A DNA stretch of 63,016 bases, the filler included, from Asterionella formosa (Eukaryota), in NCBI GenBank assembly GCA_002256025.1. It is 4 parts of 4 records of this genome, joined end to end, with 100 filler letters (N's around TTAATTAATTAA, not from the genome) between each part and the next. Parts side by side here need not be neighbours in the genome. Positions count along the whole stretch, not along the records: positions 42,537 to 63,016 come from NKIB01003346.1; 3 more parts are not named here. One strand, written 5' to 3'. Shown here one piece after another: positions 59,965-63,016 of the stretch; within the stretch, counting starts at the first letter, position 1; the number at the start of each line of letters is the position of its first letter. The notes below the pieces were generated by a model. That model was not told the DNA's origin and ran no database searches. It saw only the letters and a list, made by a program, of their open reading frames with translations. Position numbers and translations under genes: made by a program.

Positions 59965-61380
59965 TTAGATCCATTCAAAATCCATATCGTCATCAATGTA
60001 CCGTTGATTAATGCGGTCATTGTAATCATTATTCTTCTCAGGAACATTTGGTTGAAGTGGTTCAACATATTGATGCATATCCTCTTCACTTACGTTGGGA
60101 AATGAGAAGTATGAGTGTGGGTAGATGATATTTGTGGTGGAAGTAGCAATTCCACTAGGATTCCTTCCATATTCAGATCGATTCTTTTGTGAAAGTCCAG
60201 TGTAGATTTCCTTATAATAAACGAGTAAATCATCAGTCCATTGATCAGTGAGACCATTTGAAATTGAACTTTCTTCCCTCACGCTTTTTTGATAAGTGGT
60301 TTCCCTCCAATGTCGATAAAATCAGCAGAATGACGAATATCGTTCTCTGAAATTTCCTGCGTATCTGGATTGAAACCTAAATATTTTTGTTGCAATCGGA
60401 ATTTTCCTTTCAGCATCAAGAAGCAAAATGATTCTGTACTGGCATTGATCAGCGAACCAACAGAACGTGATTGCAATTAACACTGCGCCCAAAGACTTAG
60501 TTGAAATTTGGTCATACCATATTTTTCTCCTGTTGAAAATGGTTCTCCACGGCTTGTCCTGCCTCTAAAAGACACTGGAGCAAGAATATCTCGCCAGACT
60601 TGGTATCCATGCTGGCTTCTCCTGTCAATGTCCTTTGACTCCGCAAAACGATAAAGCGTGAATGCCCACCTAATAAAGTCATCAATATCCATAGTCTGGA
60701 AGTTATATTCTGTTAGAGCAGCTGGTGTGTCATGAATTATATTAGCATTTTTAAATTGCATCATATTTGATAAGAATATAATCACCGACTCAAAACATCA
60801 TGCTTTCGGAGCATCTCCCTGCAAGAACTTACCTAAGATTCCTTTAAATTGATTATTCAATACATTCTGACATTCTCTCAACATTTTAATGCACATGCCA
60901 CCAAATGTTGATTTGATGTAATCTAAATGTGCCTTGTTGATATGTTCAATGGTCTGATTCATTGGAAGTAGTGCATCAGAATCATTCCATATGAAATCGG
61001 CAAGCTCTGGGTCACTCTCCACTTCTTTGCTTAGCTCCAGTTTCACTGTTGTGTATAGCCGAGCTAGGCAACATTCGGCAAACCAATCCTGTTTGTTATT
61101 GGAAATGACTTTCATACTACTTGGACCAGATAGGACGGGATGTTTGATTCTCTTTTGGGACCAGAACAAAGTAAATTTGATTGATATTCTGTTTTACAGT
61201 ACCTATTAATTCACGAACTATAACATCAAACTTACATGGTGTTCACAGCAAAACTTCTTGGTCTTGAAAATAAAACTCACAACCTTTGTTACAATTGATG
61301 GTTCAATTTTAGCCAAGCGGGAACGATGTTCTGATAAGGCTGCTGAAATTGAAAATTCTTGATAACCTCGCTCGTATCTT
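59965..61380 (-). pseudogene. Spliced gene of unknown function with at least one frameshift
   Basis: Phase-compatible GT-AG introns 61235-61152, 60832-60722 and 60517-60434 join four ORF pieces. There is a frame change near the A-run at about 60285 and no clean start. Confidence 0.5.
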
Positions 61381-62329
61381 GTTTTCAATTATACGATTAT
61401 ACAATCCTAAAATATGATGAGTTACTGTCCCACTGCAGTAGCAACAGTCCTGAACATATGGTGTTCTGTTGCTCGCTTACTACTCCTACTACACCCATTA
61501 TATCACTTCTTACCTGCTACTGGTACTCTGTAGTATATATATATGATAAATGTTATGATCATATGATGTACACAGGAATAACTCCCACCAAAAAGGGGCT
61601 CAAATAATTAGTTACCAAAATCCTTGCGTATAAATAATGATACAAATGGGCTATGACTTACACCAATTGAATGGTCTAAAAAATTAGTTCCAACGGACGT
61701 ATAAAATATTGATGCATACAAATTTCAGAAACAGTACCGGTACAAGAAGTTGTGGAAAACAATGGACATATCGTGCATTGAATATTTTCGAATTATGTAC
61801 ATGCAAATATGATCATCTAAACAATACTAGCTACCATTAGTAAGGCACTGCTTGGCACAAGATTCAGAATAGAGGAAGAAAGGGGCGAGACAGGATTATA
61901 CATTGAGACGAGTGGAGAGGAGAGAAACATTCCTCGGGTAGCTGTCGAAACAGAAGTATCATTGTTAAATTTGTTAATTAAATTACGATCCATTCCAATC
62001 CTTCTTTTTGAAGAACAATCCTTGTGATTAGTATTATGATCATGTTTAAGATAGATATACTATGAAACAATTCACATGTTAGCATAGAGTTTAGCTGTTT
62101 TTAGGATGCGTTGTGGTAATAATTTACATTTGGTAATCACGAGAAGTTAAAATAGAATGAGAAGGTCTATGATTTTGATAAGAAATGTTGTTGATCAGTT
62201 GATATACATTGTGTGATGATAATGTTCTTAATATCATTATACTTCAAATTCCGTAAAATTATCATAGTTATAGGATACCTTGATCATAGTTTTGATCCAA
62301 AGATTATCATTGTTTATATGAAAATCCTG

Positions 62330-63016
62330 TGCCACTTAGCGTACGATACCCTTGATCCTATATGCATGATCCTTTTTATTTGCAGATGGGCATTGCACTT
62401 GGTTGTGGTGACATCAACAATGGCATCCTGTTATGGAAACCAACCTTGTCCCGCTTCTACACTCTTGATTCCACTCTTGCTATTGCAGACCCCTTTCCTA
62501 CTAGCTAGCTGTTGCCTTTTTCCGGCGCCTTAACTCTGCTGGAGTTGTATCTGAGGGTATTGTCAATTCTGACCCAACCTCCCTCCATGACTTTTATCTC
62601 ATTGACTTCCTTGATGGGGCCTCTCTTCCCGCCGCATTTGCTTGGCAACCCCATCTCCCCTGATGAGGCCCTTAGTCTTGACTTTGCTCACTTTCCTGGT
62701 GATGATTCCTGCTGTTCCCCCCTCTGGAACCCCTGTTGTGCTCCTTGTAAATGGTTAACATGTGTCTGCCTCCTCCCTCCCTCATAAATGTCCCTCTTCC
62801 CTTGACCGTGCCCTCCTTCCCACTTCCCCTGATCGTCTCATCTGGCTGGCCTCTTATCAGGAGTTTTACGACTCTTTAGTCGGCTCAGGATACCTTTCAT
62901 TTAATTATGCCTCTCAGTTGGTTGTACACAATGCTCACCAGTGTTCCGAAATCTTTGTCATGCATCTCCCAGGGGATACCAATGTTGCTGAGCTGTTCAC
63001 CAAAGAACATAAAGAT
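62330..63016 (+). pseudogene. Ty1/copia pol C-terminal (RT/RNase H) remnant
   Basis: The window ends in HLPGDTNVAELFTKEHKD, matching the copia RNase H terminal motif H(I/V)xgxxNxADxFTK. Upstream sequence is heavily degraded. Confidence 0.6.

Noticed and set aside
61641..61654. 14-bp match (TACAAATGGGCTAT) to the reverse complement of the SINE B1 tail
   Set aside because: It is too short and the flanks do not extend convincingly, so it cannot be distinguished from chance.

Overview
Eukaryotic nuclear DNA, most likely from a diatom. This rests on short GT-AG introns, ASAFAP-like bipartite plastid targeting peptides and protein families I associate with diatoms. The window is a scaffold with three 100-nt linker gaps and one 661-nt N gap. 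Compact gene islands alternate with AT-rich, repeat-derived blocks. Supported genes are a membrane-anchored atypical kinase, THF1/Psb29, DNAJC2/zuotin, a TRAPP-like protein, an alpha/beta hydrolase, a 3-exon GNAT-repeat-Tudor protein, a fused YeeE/YedE transporter, RRP36, a double Cys/His-domain protein, PARN, a twin-CX9C protein and several unknowns. The repeat blocks hold decayed LINE (RT-RNase H), copia and MULE pieces, a MITE and several minisatellites. Two signals stand out. First, six copies of two tRNA-derived SINE-like families occur, three with target-site duplications, and the 3' tail of at least one copy resembles the 3' end of the resident LINE, suggesting a SINE/LINE partnership. 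Second, a doubly palindromic 7-bp repeat (CCWGGTA, with TACCGGTA variants) clusters upstream of almost every gene and is nearly absent from 3' ends. All calls were made by eye and no database search was run.
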